From: Candidatus Saccharimonadota bacterium
Lineage (GTDB): Bacteria; Pseudomonadota; Gammaproteobacteria; Enterobacterales; Enterobacteriaceae
Length of the DNA: 32,000 bases
Assembly: GCF_964059045.1 (NCBI RefSeq)
Contig: NZ_OZ060402.1
Span: forward strand, 574,949 to 606,948
Direction of reading: 5' to 3'
The notes under the pieces are model-generated. The model saw only the letters and a list, made by a program, of their open reading frames with translations. It was not told the DNA's origin and ran no database searches. The translations under genes and the position numbers were made by a program. The first letter of the stretch is position 1. Each line of letters begins with the position of its first letter. Positions 18,882 to 29,545 of the stretch are shown in pieces.

Positions 18882-20897
18882 TCAATTAATAATGTTTAAT
18901 GATTGTCTTATTTTTTTTAAATACATTATGCTTAATTCTTCTTTATTATAACAAGATTTCGGGTATAATTGATCAATCCAATATAAATCATCTTGAGGTA
19001 GTTCTAATAAAAAACGACTAGGAATTGTAGAAAATATTTGACCATATTGATTTCTTTGTTTACATAAAGTAAAAACTAATTGCTTTTTAGCTCTAGTGAT
19101 TCCAACATAAATTAATCGACGTTCTTCATCTAAATTATCGTTATCCATACCATTATAATGTGGTAATATTCCTTCTTCCATTCCAATAATAAATACATAT
19201 TTAAATTCTAATCCTTTAGAAGCATGTAAAGTCATTAATTGTAATTTATCTATTTTATTATTATTATTTATATCATAAAATACATCCCTTAATGTAAAAT
19301 GTGTAATTATTTGAGACAAAGTCATAGATTTCTGAATATTATTTCCTTTTAACATTTCTATAATCCATTTTATAAATAAATCAATATTATTAATACTAGA
19401 TTGTATTTTATGAATATCTTTAATAGATTTTTTTATCCATTCTTTATAATTAATATCGTGTATTAATTTTTTTAATGCAATAATAGGAGATGCATTAAAT
19501 TCTTGAATAATATTTTTAATCCATATTGAAAAATTCCTCAATTTTTTTAAACTATAACGATTTAATTGAGTTTGTAATCCCATGTCTAGACTAGCAAAAA
19601 AAAGACTTTTTTTATGAATAGAAGACCATTTAATTAATTTATTTATAGTTACTGTTCCAATAGAACGAGAAGGAATGTTTACAACTCTTAAAAAGGCTAA
19701 ATCGTCGTTTTGATTATCAATTAAACGTAAATAAGATAATAAATCTTTAATTTCACCACGCGAAAAAAAAGAATTACTACCTGAAATTTCATATGCTATA
19801 TCATATTTTATTAATTCTTTTTCAAATAAACGAGCTTGATAATTACCACGATATAAAATTGCATAATCACTATATTTGTTATTAAATCGATTTTTATGTG
19901 AATAAATTACTTGAATAATTTTTTTTGCTTCTTTTTCTTCATTTTGTAAAACTAATATTTTTATCTTAGAACCATAATCTAATTCTGAAAATAATTTTTT
20001 TTCAAATTCATTGTTGTTATGTGAAATTAAAATATTTGCAACTCTTAATATCCTACCCGTTGAACGATAATTTTGTTCCATTTTTATGATAGTAATGTTT
20101 GGAAAATCTGTTTTTAACAAAGAAAAATTTTGAGAACAAGCCCCTCTCCATGAATAAATTGATTGATTATTATCACCTACTAAAGTAAAATCAGATCTTT
20201 TATTACTTAATAATTTTATAAATTCATATTGACTAGTATTAGTATCTTGATATTCATCTACTAAAAAATATTGAATTTTTTCACTCCATTTATTTTTTAC
20301 ACTAAGATATTTTTTTAATAATAAAGTAGGTAAATAAATTAAATCATCAAAATCTAATATATTATATGTAATTAAATGTTGATGATAAATATCATAATAA
20401 TTTGCAAATAAAGAATCTATATCTGTTTTAACTATATTTTTAGCTTGTTTTGGATCAATTAATTGCATCTTCCATTTTGAAATTGAAGATAATAATTTTT
20501 TTAATAATAATTTGTTTTTTTTAAATTTTTTTTTAGTTATATCATTTAATAAATTTAATTGATCATGTTCATCAAATAACAAAAAATTTGCATTTCTTCC
20601 TAAATAATGAATATCTGACTTTATTATTTCCATGCCTAAAGTATGAAAAGTAGAAATTTGTAATTCATTTAAATATTTTTGACCTAAAATTTCTGAAATA
20701 CGATATTTCATTTCTTGAGCTGCTTTATTAGTAAAAGTCATAGCAGCAATATTTTTGATATTATAATTACAATTATTAATTAAATAAATAATTTTACTAA
20801 TAATTACTTTTGTTTTTCCAGATCCTGCTCCTGCTAAAACCAAGCAAGGTCCTTTGACACATTTAACAGCTTTTTCTTGAATTAAATTGAGATGCAT
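18882..20897 (-). CDS. rep: ATP-dependent DNA helicase Rep
   Basis: This is a 671-aa ORF. M.LN..Q..AV....GPCLVLAGAGSGKT.VI..KI..LI....Y......A.TFTNKAA.EMK.R, VDEYQDTN, YRS, LMTLH.SKGLEF and VG.TRA are UvrD/Rep SF1 helicase motifs. The N-terminus matches E. coli Rep. Confidence 0.94.
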   Translation of the reverse strand: MHLNLIQEKAVKCVKGPCLVLAGAGSGKTKVIISKIIYLINNCNYNIKNIAAMTFTNKAAQEMKYRISEILGQKYLNELQISTFHTLGMEIIKSDIHYLGRNANFLLFDEHDQLNLLNDITKKKFKKNKLLLKKLLSSISKWKMQLIDPKQAKNIVKTDIDSLFANYYDIYHQHLITYNILDFDDLIYLPTLLLKKYLSVKNKWSEKIQYFLVDEYQDTNTSQYEFIKLLSNKRSDFTLVGDNNQSIYSWRGACSQNFSLLKTDFPNITIIKMEQNYRSTGRILRVANILISHNNNEFEKKLFSELDYGSKIKILVLQNEEKEAKKIIQVIYSHKNRFNNKYSDYAILYRGNYQARLFEKELIKYDIAYEISGSNSFFSRGEIKDLLSYLRLIDNQNDDLAFLRVVNIPSRSIGTVTINKLIKWSSIHKKSLFFASLDMGLQTQLNRYSLKKLRNFSIWIKNIIQEFNASPIIALKKLIHDINYKEWIKKSIKDIHKIQSSINNIDLFIKWIIEMLKGNNIQKSMTLSQIITHFTLRDVFYDINNNNKIDKLQLMTLHASKGLEFKYVFIIGMEEGILPHYNGMDNDNLDEERRLIYVGITRAKKQLVFTLCKQRNQYGQIFSTIPSRFLLELPQDDLYWIDQLYPKSCYNKEELSIMYLKKIRQSLNIIN

Positions 20898-20991
20898 AAA
20901 AATATATTTCGATTGTTTTTAATTAAATATGTATAAAAATATTTTTAAATCTATTTCAAAAATAATTTAACATTTTATTAAAAATTATAAA

Positions 20992-21027
20992 AACAGAAAA
21001 AATAAATAGAGTTTTATTTTTTCTGTT
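20992..21027 (-). terminator. intrinsic terminator downstream of ilvC
   Basis: There is a perfect 15-bp stem (20992-21006 with 21013-21027) and a 6-nt loop. On the minus strand, tttttataattttt follows it. The hairpin starts 31 nt after the ilvC stop. Confidence 0.55.
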
Positions 21028-21058
21028 ATAATTAAATTAAAAAATATATACTTAAATA

Positions 21059-22531
21059 TTATTTTACAAAAATAGTTTTCATATTTTTCATTTTTTTTCT
21101 TAATTTTTTTCCAATAATTTCAATAGGATGATTTTCAATTTCTTGATTGATCTTATATAAATCAATATTATTAATATCATGAGAAATGATTTTATGACCC
21201 ATGTCACCATACTGTAAATTTTTTAAAAAATTTTTTAATATAGGAATTGCTGAATTAGAAAACAAATAACTACCATATTCTGCAGTATCAGAAATGATTA
21301 AATTCATTTCATATAACCTTTTTCTTGAAATTGTATTAGCAATTAAAGGAAGCTCATGCAATGATTCATAATAAGCAGATTCTTCAATTATACCTGCATT
21401 AATCATAGTTTCAAATGATAATTCCACACCTGCTTTAATAATTGCAATCATAAAGTTAGAAAAATCAAAATATTCTTGTTCTAAAATAGTACCATTATAA
21501 GAAGGAGCGTTCTCAAAAGATGTTTTTTTTGTATCTAATCTCCATTTTAGTAAGTCAATATCATTATTGTTCCAATCATCCATCATTTTAGAAGAAAAAG
21601 ATCCAGATAGAATATTATCCATATGTTGTTGAAATAATGGTGTTAAAATAATTTTTAATTGATTAGATAAATAACATACCCTTATTTTTGCATTATTAGA
21701 TATTCTATCTAACATTAAAGTAATACCTCCATGTTTTAAAGATTCTGTTAAAACTTCCCATCCATTTTGTATTAGTTTACAAGCAAATGCTATATTATGT
21801 CCTTGTTCAACAAGATATTCATAACAAATCAAACTACCTGCTTGTAACATACCACATAAAATAGTTTGTTCTCCCATTAAATCTGATTTTACTTCTGCAA
21901 TAAAAGAAGATTCTAAAATACCTGCATGATGACTACCTATAGCAACTGCCCATGCTTTAGCAATTTCTAATCCAATTTTTTGGGGGTTATTTTTATTATG
22001 GACTGCTATTAATGTTGGAACTCCAAAATTCCTTTTATATTCTTCGCGCACTTCAGAACCTGGGCATTTAGGAGCAACCATAATAACTGTGATATCTTTT
22101 CTAATTTTTTCTCCCATTTCTACAATGTTAAATCCATGAGAATATCCTAAACATGAGCCATTTTTCATTAATGGTTGTATTTTTTGTATGACTGAATGGT
22201 GTTGTTTATCTGGAGTTAAATTAATTACTAAATCAGCAGTAGGAATAAGATTTTCATAAATATCTACAACAAAATTATTTTTAAATGCATTTTTCCAAGA
22301 CATGGTTTTTGCTTGAATTGATTCTTTTCTTAAAGCAAAAGAAATATCTAATCCAGAATCTCTCATATTTAAACCTTGATTTAAACCTTGAGAACCACAA
22401 CCAATAATTACTATTTTTTTTTCTTTTAAAAAAGAACAATAATTTAAGAATTCTTTTTTTTTCATTAAACGACATTTTTTTAATTCAATTAATTTTTCTC
22501 TAAAATTTAAACTATTAAAATAATTTTTCAT
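21059..22531 (-). CDS. ilvC: ketol-acid reductoisomerase (NADP+)
   Basis: [74 protein letters not shown] and SDTAEYG match E. coli IlvC. The ATG at 22531 aligns with E. coli M-ANYFN. The track start at 22543 is a TTG 4 codons upstream. Confidence 0.95.
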   Translation of the reverse strand: MKNYFNSLNFREKLIELKKCRLMKKKEFLNYCSFLKEKKIVIIGCGSQGLNQGLNMRDSGLDISFALRKESIQAKTMSWKNAFKNNFVVDIYENLIPTADLVINLTPDKQHHSVIQKIQPLMKNGSCLGYSHGFNIVEMGEKIRKDITVIMVAPKCPGSEVREEYKRNFGVPTLIAVHNKNNPQKIGLEIAKAWAVAIGSHHAGILESSFIAEVKSDLMGEQTILCGMLQAGSLICYEYLVEQGHNIAFACKLIQNGWEVLTESLKHGGITLMLDRISNNAKIRVCYLSNQLKIILTPLFQQHMDNILSGSFSSKMMDDWNNNDIDLLKWRLDTKKTSFENAPSYNGTILEQEYFDFSNFMIAIIKAGVELSFETMINAGIIEESAYYESLHELPLIANTISRKRLYEMNLIISDTAEYGSYLFSNSAIPILKNFLKNLQYGDMGHKIISHDINNIDLYKINQEIENHPIEIIGKKLRKKMKNMKTIFVK

Positions 22532-22628
22532 TTTTTTTTCCAAAATATACTAATATATTATTAATAATAATATCAAAAAACAATTGATGTATATGAATAA
22601 AAAATTATAAAAATTTAAATAATTTCTA

Positions 22629-24485
22629 TTAAAAATTTAATTTATTTACATCACGAACAGCACCTTGATCAGCACTAGTAGCTAAACATGAATATGCTTT
22701 TAAAGCATTTGAAATAATTCTCTTCCTTTGAACATAAGGTGTATATGCTTGATTGTTTCTTGATTCTTCTATATCTTTACGTGTTAATAATTCTTGATTT
22801 GTTACTTGTAATTCAATAGTTCTATTTGGAATATTAATCATGATTACATCATTATTTTGAACTAGTGCAATTATTCCTTTATTTGCAGCTTCAGGCGAAA
22901 CATGTCCTATAGATAAACCTGATGTACCTCCTGAAAATCTACCATCGGTAATTAAAGCACAAGATTTATCTAATCCCATAGATTTTAAATATGTTGTAGG
23001 ATATAACATCTCCTGCATACCAGGTCCACCTTTAGGACCTTCATATCTAATTAAAATAATATCACCTGATTGAATATAATTATTTAAAATTGCATATACA
23101 GCATCTTCTTGACTTTCATATACTTTTACTGGTCCTTGAAAAACATAATTTTTTTTATCTACGCCAGAAGTTTTAACAATACATCCATTTTTAGCAATAT
23201 TACCATATAACACTGCTAAACCACCTTGTTGACTATAAGCATAATCAATAGATCTTATACATCCAAAACGACGATTGGTATCAAGTTCATCCCATCTAAA
23301 TGATTGAGAAAAAGGAATTACTGTTTTAATTCCCATCGGGCCAGCACGATACATCTTAATAATATCAAGATCTTTATTATTTATTATATTATATTTTTTT
23401 ATTGTTTCTTCCAATGTTATTTGTAAAATATTTTTAACTGTAGTATCTAATAAAAAAAAATTATTTAATTCACCTAAGATTCCCATAACACCTCCAGCTC
23501 GATGCATGTCTTCCATATGGTAAATTGATGAACTCGGTGCTATTTTACAGATATTAGGTATTTTTTTAGATAAATCATTAATATCTGACATATTAAAATC
23601 AATATCACCTTCTTTTGCTGCTGCTAGTAAATGCAATACAGTATTGGTTGATCCACCCATTGCTATATCTAATTTCATTGCATTATGAAAAGAATTTTTA
23701 CAAGCTATATTACGTGGTAAAACATTATAATTATCATTATGATAATAAGCTTTTGTAATATCTACAATTGTTTTACCTGATTGTACAAATAGTTTTCTCC
23801 GATCAACATGAGTGGCAAGTAATGTACCATTACCTGGCAATGCTAATCCTAGTGCTTCCATTAAACAATTCATTGAATTAGCAGTAAACATTCCGGAACA
23901 TGAACCACATGTTGGACAAGCAGAGTCTTCTATTTTTTTTGACTCTACATCAGATACATTAGGATTGGAACCTTGAACAATGGCATCAATTAAATCTATT
24001 TTTACAATTTCATTTTTTTGATTTAATATTCTTCCTGCTTCCATTGGTCCACCAGAAACAAAAACAGATGGAATATTTAGACGTAAAGCTGCCATTAACA
24101 TTCCAGGAGTAATTTTATCACAATTTGAAATACACACCATAGCATCAACACAATGTGCATTAATCATATATTCAATAGAATCTGCAATAATTTCTCGGGA
24201 TGGTAAAGAATACAACATCCCAGAATGTCCCATAGCAATACCATCATCTATAGCAATTGTATTAAATTCTTTAGATACACCACCAGAAGATTGAATGGAT
24301 TTTGCTACAATATTACCTAATTCTCTTAAATGAATATGACCTGGGACAAATTCTGTGAAAGAATTAACGATAGCAATAATTGGTTTTTGAAAATCTAAAT
24401 CTGTCATTCCAGTAGCTTTCCATAAAGCTCGAGCCCCTGACATATTTTTACCATGAATTGTTGTAGCGGATCGATATTGAGGCAT
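22629..24485 (-). CDS. ilvD: dihydroxy-acid dehydratase
   Basis: This is a 618-aa [69 protein letters not shown] and [21 protein letters not shown] match E. coli IlvD. The ATG at 24485 has an aggag SD. Confidence 0.97.
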   Translation of the reverse strand: MPQYRSATTIHGKNMSGARALWKATGMTDLDFQKPIIAIVNSFTEFVPGHIHLRELGNIVAKSIQSSGGVSKEFNTIAIDDGIAMGHSGMLYSLPSREIIADSIEYMINAHCVDAMVCISNCDKITPGMLMAALRLNIPSVFVSGGPMEAGRILNQKNEIVKIDLIDAIVQGSNPNVSDVESKKIEDSACPTCGSCSGMFTANSMNCLMEALGLALPGNGTLLATHVDRRKLFVQSGKTIVDITKAYYHNDNYNVLPRNIACKNSFHNAMKLDIAMGGSTNTVLHLLAAAKEGDIDFNMSDINDLSKKIPNICKIAPSSSIYHMEDMHRAGGVMGILGELNNFFLLDTTVKNILQITLEETIKKYNIINNKDLDIIKMYRAGPMGIKTVIPFSQSFRWDELDTNRRFGCIRSIDYAYSQQGGLAVLYGNIAKNGCIVKTSGVDKKNYVFQGPVKVYESQEDAVYAILNNYIQSGDIILIRYEGPKGGPGMQEMLYPTTYLKSMGLDKSCALITDGRFSGGTSGLSIGHVSPEAANKGIIALVQNNDVIMINIPNRTIELQVTNQELLTRKDIEESRNNQAYTPYVQRKRIISNALKAYSCLATSADQGAVRDVNKLNF

Positions 24486-24496
24486 ATTAAACTCCT

Positions 24497-24626
24497 TTTT
24501 AGATCATTACAGTGTTAATTAAAAACAAGGTTGAATCTAGTTAAAACAATATATTATTAGGCCTAATAATATATTGTTTTAACTAGATTCAACCTTGTTT
24601 TTAATTAACACTGTAATGATCTAAAA
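24497..24626. repeat. 130-bp perfect spacerless palindrome (65-bp arms, centre AGGCCT) between tRNA-Trp and the ilvD SD
   Basis: Segment 24497-24561 is the exact reverse complement of 24562-24626. I verified this base by base. The first mismatch occurs at the 24496/24627 pair. Confidence 0.97.
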
Positions 24627-24645
24627 TTTATTTTAAATTTTTTAA

Positions 24646-24719
24646 CAAAGGTGGAGGGAATTGAACCCACAACCCTCGGTTTTGGAGACCGATGCTCTAC
24701 CTAATTGAGCTACACCTTT
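24646..24719 (-). tRNA. trpT: tRNA-Trp (anticodon CCA)
   Basis: The minus strand reads aaaggtgtagctcaattaggtagagcatcggtctccaaaaccgagggttgtgggttcaattccctccacctttg. The anticodon loop is ctCCAaa and the discriminator is G, as in E. coli trpT. There is one U-U mismatch in the T-stem. No 3' CCA is encoded. Confidence 0.9.
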
Positions 24720-24907
24720 AAAATATTTATATATATTATTTTAAATAATTAAAAATAAAACAATAATATTAATTATACTATAATTAACAAAATAATTACA
24801 GTATATAAAAATATATTTTGAATAATACATCATAACTATATCAAAAGTTATTTAATTAAATTGTATTATTTGTAATGATTTTAAAATAAAAATTAATCCA
24901 ATAATTC

Positions 24908-24937
24908 TTGTTCAAAAAATATATTTAGTAGTATAAT
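24908..24937 (+). promoter_or_regulatory. candidate sigma70 promoter for the isc operon (TTGTTC-18 nt-TATAAT)
   Basis: ttgttc (24908-24913) and a consensus tataat (24932-24937) lie about 115 nt upstream of iscS. The call rests on the motif only, in about 90% AT DNA. Confidence 0.25.
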
Positions 24938-25052
24938 GAATAATATACTAAATTAATAACAATATTATATTTTATAATTATTTAATTATTTAATCAAATT
25001 AAAAAATCAGTTAAATGTTTAAAATACTAAATTAAAAATTGTTGAGGTTCAA

Positions 25053-26267
25053 TTGTTAAAATTTCCAATTTATTTAGATTATGCTTCTACTACTCCCATG
25101 GAACCAAAAATAGTAGAAAAAATGATAAAATATTTAACATTATCAGGTACATTTGGTAATTCTGCTTCACGTTCTCATTTATTTGGTTGGGAAGCTGAAG
25201 AAGCGGTAGATATTGCTCGTAATCAAATTTCTGATTTAATTAATGCTGATCCTCGTGAAATTATATTTACTTCAGGTGCTACAGAATCAAATAATTTAGC
25301 TATTAAAGGTGTGATAGATTTTTATCAATCAAAAGGTAATCATATTATTACTAGTACGACAGAACATAAATCAGTTTTAGATACATGTCGATATCTTGAA
25401 AGTAAAAATATTAATGTCACTTATCTTAATCCTAATCATGATGGTATTATCGATATTAATAAATTAAAATCTTTTATTTCAAAAAAAACAATATTAATTT
25501 CTATTATGCATGTCAATAATGAAACTGGAGTTATACAACCAATTGAACAAATTGCAGAAATATGCAATCAATATAAAATTATTTTTCATGTAGATATGAC
25601 ACAAAGTATAGGGAAAATTCCTATCGATTTAGAAAAAATAAATATTAGTTTAATTTCATTTAGCGCTCATAAAATTTATGGACCTAAAGGTATTGGAGTA
25701 TTATATGTTAGAAGAAAACCAAGAATTAGATTAGTTAGTCAAATACATGGTGGAGGTCATGAAAGAGGTTTAAGATCCGGAACATTACCAGTACATCAAA
25801 TTATAGGTATGGGAGAAGCATGTCAATTAGCTAAAAAAAATATTACTATAGAACCACAAAGATTAAATACATTAAAAAACAGATTATGGAATGGTATTAA
25901 AGATATTGAAGAAGTTTATTTAAATAGTAACTTAAATAAAGGTGCTCCACATATTTTGAATGTGAGTTTTAATTATGTGGAAGGAGAATCATTAATCATG
26001 GGATTAAAAAATTTAGCAATTTCTTCTGGATCTGCATGCACATCTACTAGTTTAGAACCATCTTATGTATTACGCGCTTTAGGTTTAAAAGATGAATTAG
26101 CACATAGTTCTATTAGATTTTCTATTGGTTTATTCACTACTAAACAAGAAATTGATTATACTATTGAATCTATTCATGAATCTATAATAAAATTAAGAAA
26201 TTTATCTCCTTTATGGGAAATGTATAAATCAGGCATTAATATAGAATCAATTGATTGGAAAGCATAA
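25053..26267 (+). CDS. iscS: cysteine desulfurase IscS
   Basis: This is a 404-aa ORF, the same length as E. coli Isc[46 protein letters not shown] (PLP Lys), [20 protein letters not shown] (catalytic Cys) and LSPLWEMYK are present. The start is a TTG at 25053 with a gagg SD 5 nt upstream. No nearby in-frame ATG exists. Confidence 0.96.
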   Translation: MLKFPIYLDYASTTPMEPKIVEKMIKYLTLSGTFGNSASRSHLFGWEAEEAVDIARNQISDLINADPREIIFTSGATESNNLAIKGVIDFYQSKGNHIITSTTEHKSVLDTCRYLESKNINVTYLNPNHDGIIDINKLKSFISKKTILISIMHVNNETGVIQPIEQIAEICNQYKIIFHVDMTQSIGKIPIDLEKINISLISFSAHKIYGPKGIGVLYVRRKPRIRLVSQIHGGGHERGLRSGTLPVHQIIGMGEACQLAKKNITIEPQRLNTLKNRLWNGIKDIEEVYLNSNLNKGAPHILNVSFNYVEGESLIMGLKNLAISSGSACTSTSLEPSYVLRALGLKDELAHSSIRFSIGLFTTKQEIDYTIESIHESIIKLRNLSPLWEMYKSGINIESIDWKA

Positions 26268-26299
26268 ATTATAAATACACATCAAAAAAGGAAAATAAT

Positions 26300-26707
26300 A
26301 TGACGTATAGTAAAAAAGTAATTGATCATTATGAAAATCCTCGAAATGTAGGTTCATTTTCGGAAAATGATATTAATATTGGAAGCGGTTTAGTCGGTGC
26401 ACCTTCTTGTGGAGATGTCATGAAATTACAAATCAAGGTAAACAATGAAGGTATTATTGAAGATGCTTGTTTTAAAACTTATGGTTGTGGTTCAGCAATT
26501 GCATCAAGTTCATTAATGACAGAATGGGTAAAAGGAAAATCATTGCAAGAAGCTGAAAATATTAAAAATACTAATATTGCTGAAGAATTAGAATTACCAC
26601 CAGTAAAAATTCATTGTTCTATTTTAGCAGAAGATGCTATTAAAGCAGCTATATCAGATTACAAAAGTAAAAAACTAAAAAATCAACAATTTGATTCAAA
26701 AATTTAA
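26300..26707 (+). CDS. iscU: Fe-S cluster assembly scaffold IscU
   Basis: MTYSKKVIDHYENPRNVGSF, GAP.CGDVMKLQIKVN.EGIIEDA.FKTYGCGSAIASSSL and PPVKIHCSILAEDAIKAAI.DYKSK are near-identical to E. coli IscU. The ATG at 26300 has an aaagga SD. The track start at 26255 overlaps iscS and is rejected. Confidence 0.96.
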   Translation: MTYSKKVIDHYENPRNVGSFSENDINIGSGLVGAPSCGDVMKLQIKVNNEGIIEDACFKTYGCGSAIASSSLMTEWVKGKSLQEAENIKNTNIAEELELPPVKIHCSILAEDAIKAAISDYKSKKLKNQQFDSKI

Positions 26708-26767
26708 GTAAATTGAAAATAAATTTTGATTTATAATGTTTATTTTTATGTTTAACATCAGGAAAAT

Positions 26768-27289
26768 ATGAATTACTTTCAATTATTTAATTTACCAGAA
26801 AAATTTTTAATTGATCAAAAATTACTTGTTAAAAATTTTTATGATTTACAAAAAAAATTTCATCCAGATTTATTTATTTTAGATACACCATTAATACAAC
26901 AAAAAGCGCTAAAACAATCTATATTAATTAATAATGCATTTCAAACATTAAAAAATCCATATCATCGTGCTGAGTATCTTTTAAATTTAAATAATATTGA
27001 TCTAAATGATAAAAAATTTAAATTAAATGATAATAATTTTTTTAAAAAATACTTAAATTTATGTGAAAATTTTAACAAAATAAAATTGATGTCTCTTTCC
27101 AAAAATAAATTAATAATATTTAACAAAAATATAATCATGATAAAAATAAAACAATATAATGAAAAAATTGCAATAGAATTAGAAAATAAAAAATGGTTAT
27201 ATGCAAATTATACAATACAGAAAATATATTACTTTATAAAATTACAAAAAAATATAGAAAAAGAAATAAGAGCAAATAATATTTATTAA
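26768..27289 (+). CDS. hscB: Fe-S cluster co-chaperone HscB (J-protein)
   Basis: M.YF.LF.LP..........L...F.DLQ...HPD (the J-domain HPD motif) and N.A.QTL..P..RAEYLL.L match E. coli HscB. The gene lies between iscU and hscA. Confidence 0.9.
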   Translation: MNYFQLFNLPEKFLIDQKLLVKNFYDLQKKFHPDLFILDTPLIQQKALKQSILINNAFQTLKNPYHRAEYLLNLNNIDLNDKKFKLNDNNFFKKYLNLCENFNKIKLMSLSKNKLIIFNKNIIMIKIKQYNEKIAIELENKKWLYANYTIQKIYYFIKLQKNIEKEIRANNIY

Positions 27290-27290
27290 T

Positions 27291-29147
27291 ATGGAAATAT
27301 ATATGTTGCATTTAAATAATGTAAATAAATTCAAAATTGATATTGATCCAAAAGAAAAATTTTCCATTGGTATCGATTTAGGTACAACTTATTCTTTAGT
27401 AGCTATTGGAAACAATCATAATCTACATATATTAACACATCAATCTCAAAAAAAATTATTACCATCAGTTGTATACTATGGAAAAGAAAAAATAATAATT
27501 GGTAAATCAGCTATTAAAAATATTGATACTGATGTTACGAATACTATTACTTCTATAAAAAGGTTAATGGGATTATCTATATCAAAAATTAAAAACTTAT
27601 ATCCAAATATTCCTTATCTTTTAGAAGAAAATAAAAATAATGAAGTTATAATTAAAACAAGAAGAGGTAAATTTTCACCATATCAAATATCTAGCTTAAT
27701 TATTCAAAAAATTATCAATCAAGTCAAATATATTTATCAAAGAAATATTGATTATGCAGTTATTACAGTACCTGCTTATTTTGATGACATACAAAGAAAT
27801 GAAACTAAAAAAGCAATCATGTTAGCAGGATTAAATAATTTTCGTTTATTAAATGAACCGACAGCTGCGGCAATTGCATATGGATTAGATAATAATCAAA
27901 AAGGAATAATAGCAATATATGATTTTGGGGGTGGTACTTTTGATTTTTCATTATTAAAATTAAATCTTAATATTTTTGAAGTATTAGCTACTAACGGAAA
28001 TTCAGACTTAGGTGGTGATGATTTTGATAATTTATTATCTAATTACATACTATCTCAATTAAAGAAAAAAAAAAATAATTTAACTATACTAGAAAAACAA
28101 AAAATTTATTTACTTGCAAAAAATATTAAAAAAAAGTTATCAACAAAACTAGTTGTTCCTTTTATCATAGATAATATTTATTATTCAATTACGAGAATAA
28201 AATTTAATTCTTTAATTGAACCTTTAATAAATAAAACATTAATTAGTTGTAGTAATGCTATTAATGACGCTAATCTTGATTTAGTTAATATAGATAAAAT
28301 TATTTTAGTAGGAGGTTCTACATATATTCCATTCGTTCAAACAAAAGTAAAAAATTTTTTCAAAAAAAAACCGTGTATGACTATTAATCCAGAAGAAGCT
28401 GTAGTATTAGGTGCTGCTATTCATGCAAATAATTTAATTTCTAAAAAAGATAAAAATAAAATATTATTATTAGATGTATTACCTCTATCATTAGGTATTG
28501 AAGTTATAGGAGGAGTAGTAGAAAAAATCATTATGAGAAATACTACAATCCCTACTTCTAAAACAAAAGAATTCACTACTTACCAGGATGGACAAACATC
28601 AATTAGTATTCATATACTACAAGGAGAAAGAGAATTAATTCAACATTGTCGTTCTTTGCAACGTTTTATATTAAAAGGCTTGCCGCCTAAACCAGCAGGA
28701 TCACACAAAATTTTTATTACTTTTGAAATTAATGCTGATGGTATATTAAATGTTATTGCCGAAGAAAAAAAACATAAAATTAAAAAAAAATTAATAATTC
28801 ATAATATATTTAATATTAAAAAAAATTTTATATCAAAAATGATTCAAGAATTTAATAATTATTTTTCTGAAGATAAAAAAGAAATAAAAAAAATAGAAGT
28901 AGTATTAAAAGCAAAAAAAATTCTAGAAATTGTTTATACTCATATAAAAATAAATTTAGATTATATTCACCCAGAAAAATTAAAATTAATTCAAAATATA
29001 TATCTTGAACTAAAAATAGCTATCAAAAACAAAAATATTTCTTGTATTGAAAAAAATATAAAAATACTAGAAGAAAATAGTCAATATTTTATTAATATTA
29101 AACAAAAAAATATACAAAAAAAATATATTAATCAATTATCTATATAG
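27291..29147 (+). CDS. hscA: Fe-S cluster chaperone HscA (Hsp70 family)
   Basis: GIDLGTT.SLVA, ITVPAYFDD.QR..TK.A..LAGL...RLLNEPTAAAIAYGLD, GGGTFD.S.L, LVGGST..P.V, LLDV.PLSLG.E..GG..EK.I.RNTTIP and HILQGEREL...CRSL.RF.L.G.P are present. An alternative ATG lies 4 codons downstream at 27303. Confidence 0.94.
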   Translation: MEIYMLHLNNVNKFKIDIDPKEKFSIGIDLGTTYSLVAIGNNHNLHILTHQSQKKLLPSVVYYGKEKIIIGKSAIKNIDTDVTNTITSIKRLMGLSISKIKNLYPNIPYLLEENKNNEVIIKTRRGKFSPYQISSLIIQKIINQVKYIYQRNIDYAVITVPAYFDDIQRNETKKAIMLAGLNNFRLLNEPTAAAIAYGLDNNQKGIIAIYDFGGGTFDFSLLKLNLNIFEVLATNGNSDLGGDDFDNLLSNYILSQLKKKKNNLTILEKQKIYLLAKNIKKKLSTKLVVPFIIDNIYYSITRIKFNSLIEPLINKTLISCSNAINDANLDLVNIDKIILVGGSTYIPFVQTKVKNFFKKKPCMTINPEEAVVLGAAIHANNLISKKDKNKILLLDVLPLSLGIEVIGGVVEKIIMRNTTIPTSKTKEFTTYQDGQTSISIHILQGERELIQHCRSLQRFILKGLPPKPAGSHKIFITFEINADGILNVIAEEKKHKIKKKLIIHNIFNIKKNFISKMIQEFNNYFSEDKKEIKKIEVVLKAKKILEIVYTHIKINLDYIHPEKLKLIQNIYLELKIAIKNKNISCIEKNIKILEENSQYFINIKQKNIQKKYINQLSI

Positions 29148-29158
29148 GATATATAATT

Positions 29159-29494
29159 ATGCCAATAATAAAATTTTTATATTATGAAAAAAAAATACTT
29201 AAAAATCTCATAATCAATGTTAAATCTGGTCAAACTATTTTAGATGTTGCATTATCAAACAATATTTCGATGGAACATGCATGTGAAAAATCTTGTGCTT
29301 GTAGTACATGTCATTGTATTATTAAAAAAGGATTTAATTCATTATCAAAAATTACTGAAAAAGAAGAAGACTTATTAGATAAAGCATGGGGGTTAAATCA
29401 ATTTAGTCGTTTAGGATGTCAAGCAAAAATCGGAAAAGAAAACATAGAAGTTGAAATACCTATTTATACAATTAATCATTCAAAAAAATATTAA
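29159..29494 (+). CDS. fdx: [2Fe-2S] ferredoxin
   Basis: This is a 111-aa ORF, the same length as E. coli Fdx. G.TILD.AL.N.I..EHACEKSCAC.TCHCI...GF.SL....E.E.D.LDKAWGL...SRL.CQA......EIP.YTINH matches E. coli Fdx. Confidence 0.94.
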   Translation: MPIIKFLYYEKKILKNLIINVKSGQTILDVALSNNISMEHACEKSCACSTCHCIIKKGFNSLSKITEKEEDLLDKAWGLNQFSRLGCQAKIGKENIEVEIPIYTINHSKKY

Positions 29495-29545
29495 TGATAT
29501 AATTATTAAAAAATATTAATTTTTTTAAAAAAATATAGATAACAA

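Noticed and set aside
22281-22475. 64-aa ORF on the minus strand
   Set aside because: It is out of frame within ilvC on the same strand.
24497-24626. The palindromes as MITEs, IS remnants or hairpin-telomere-like mobile elements
   Set aside because: The three palindromes share no sequence with each other. There is no transposase, no terminal-inverted-repeat-plus-target-site-duplication signature, and no additional copies in the window.
24497-24626. The palindrome as a classical intrinsic terminator of tRNA-Trp
   Set aside because: No U-tract follows the stem on the minus strand; the ilvD SD and ATG follow immediately. The stem is also far longer than known terminators. I cannot exclude some termination or processing role.
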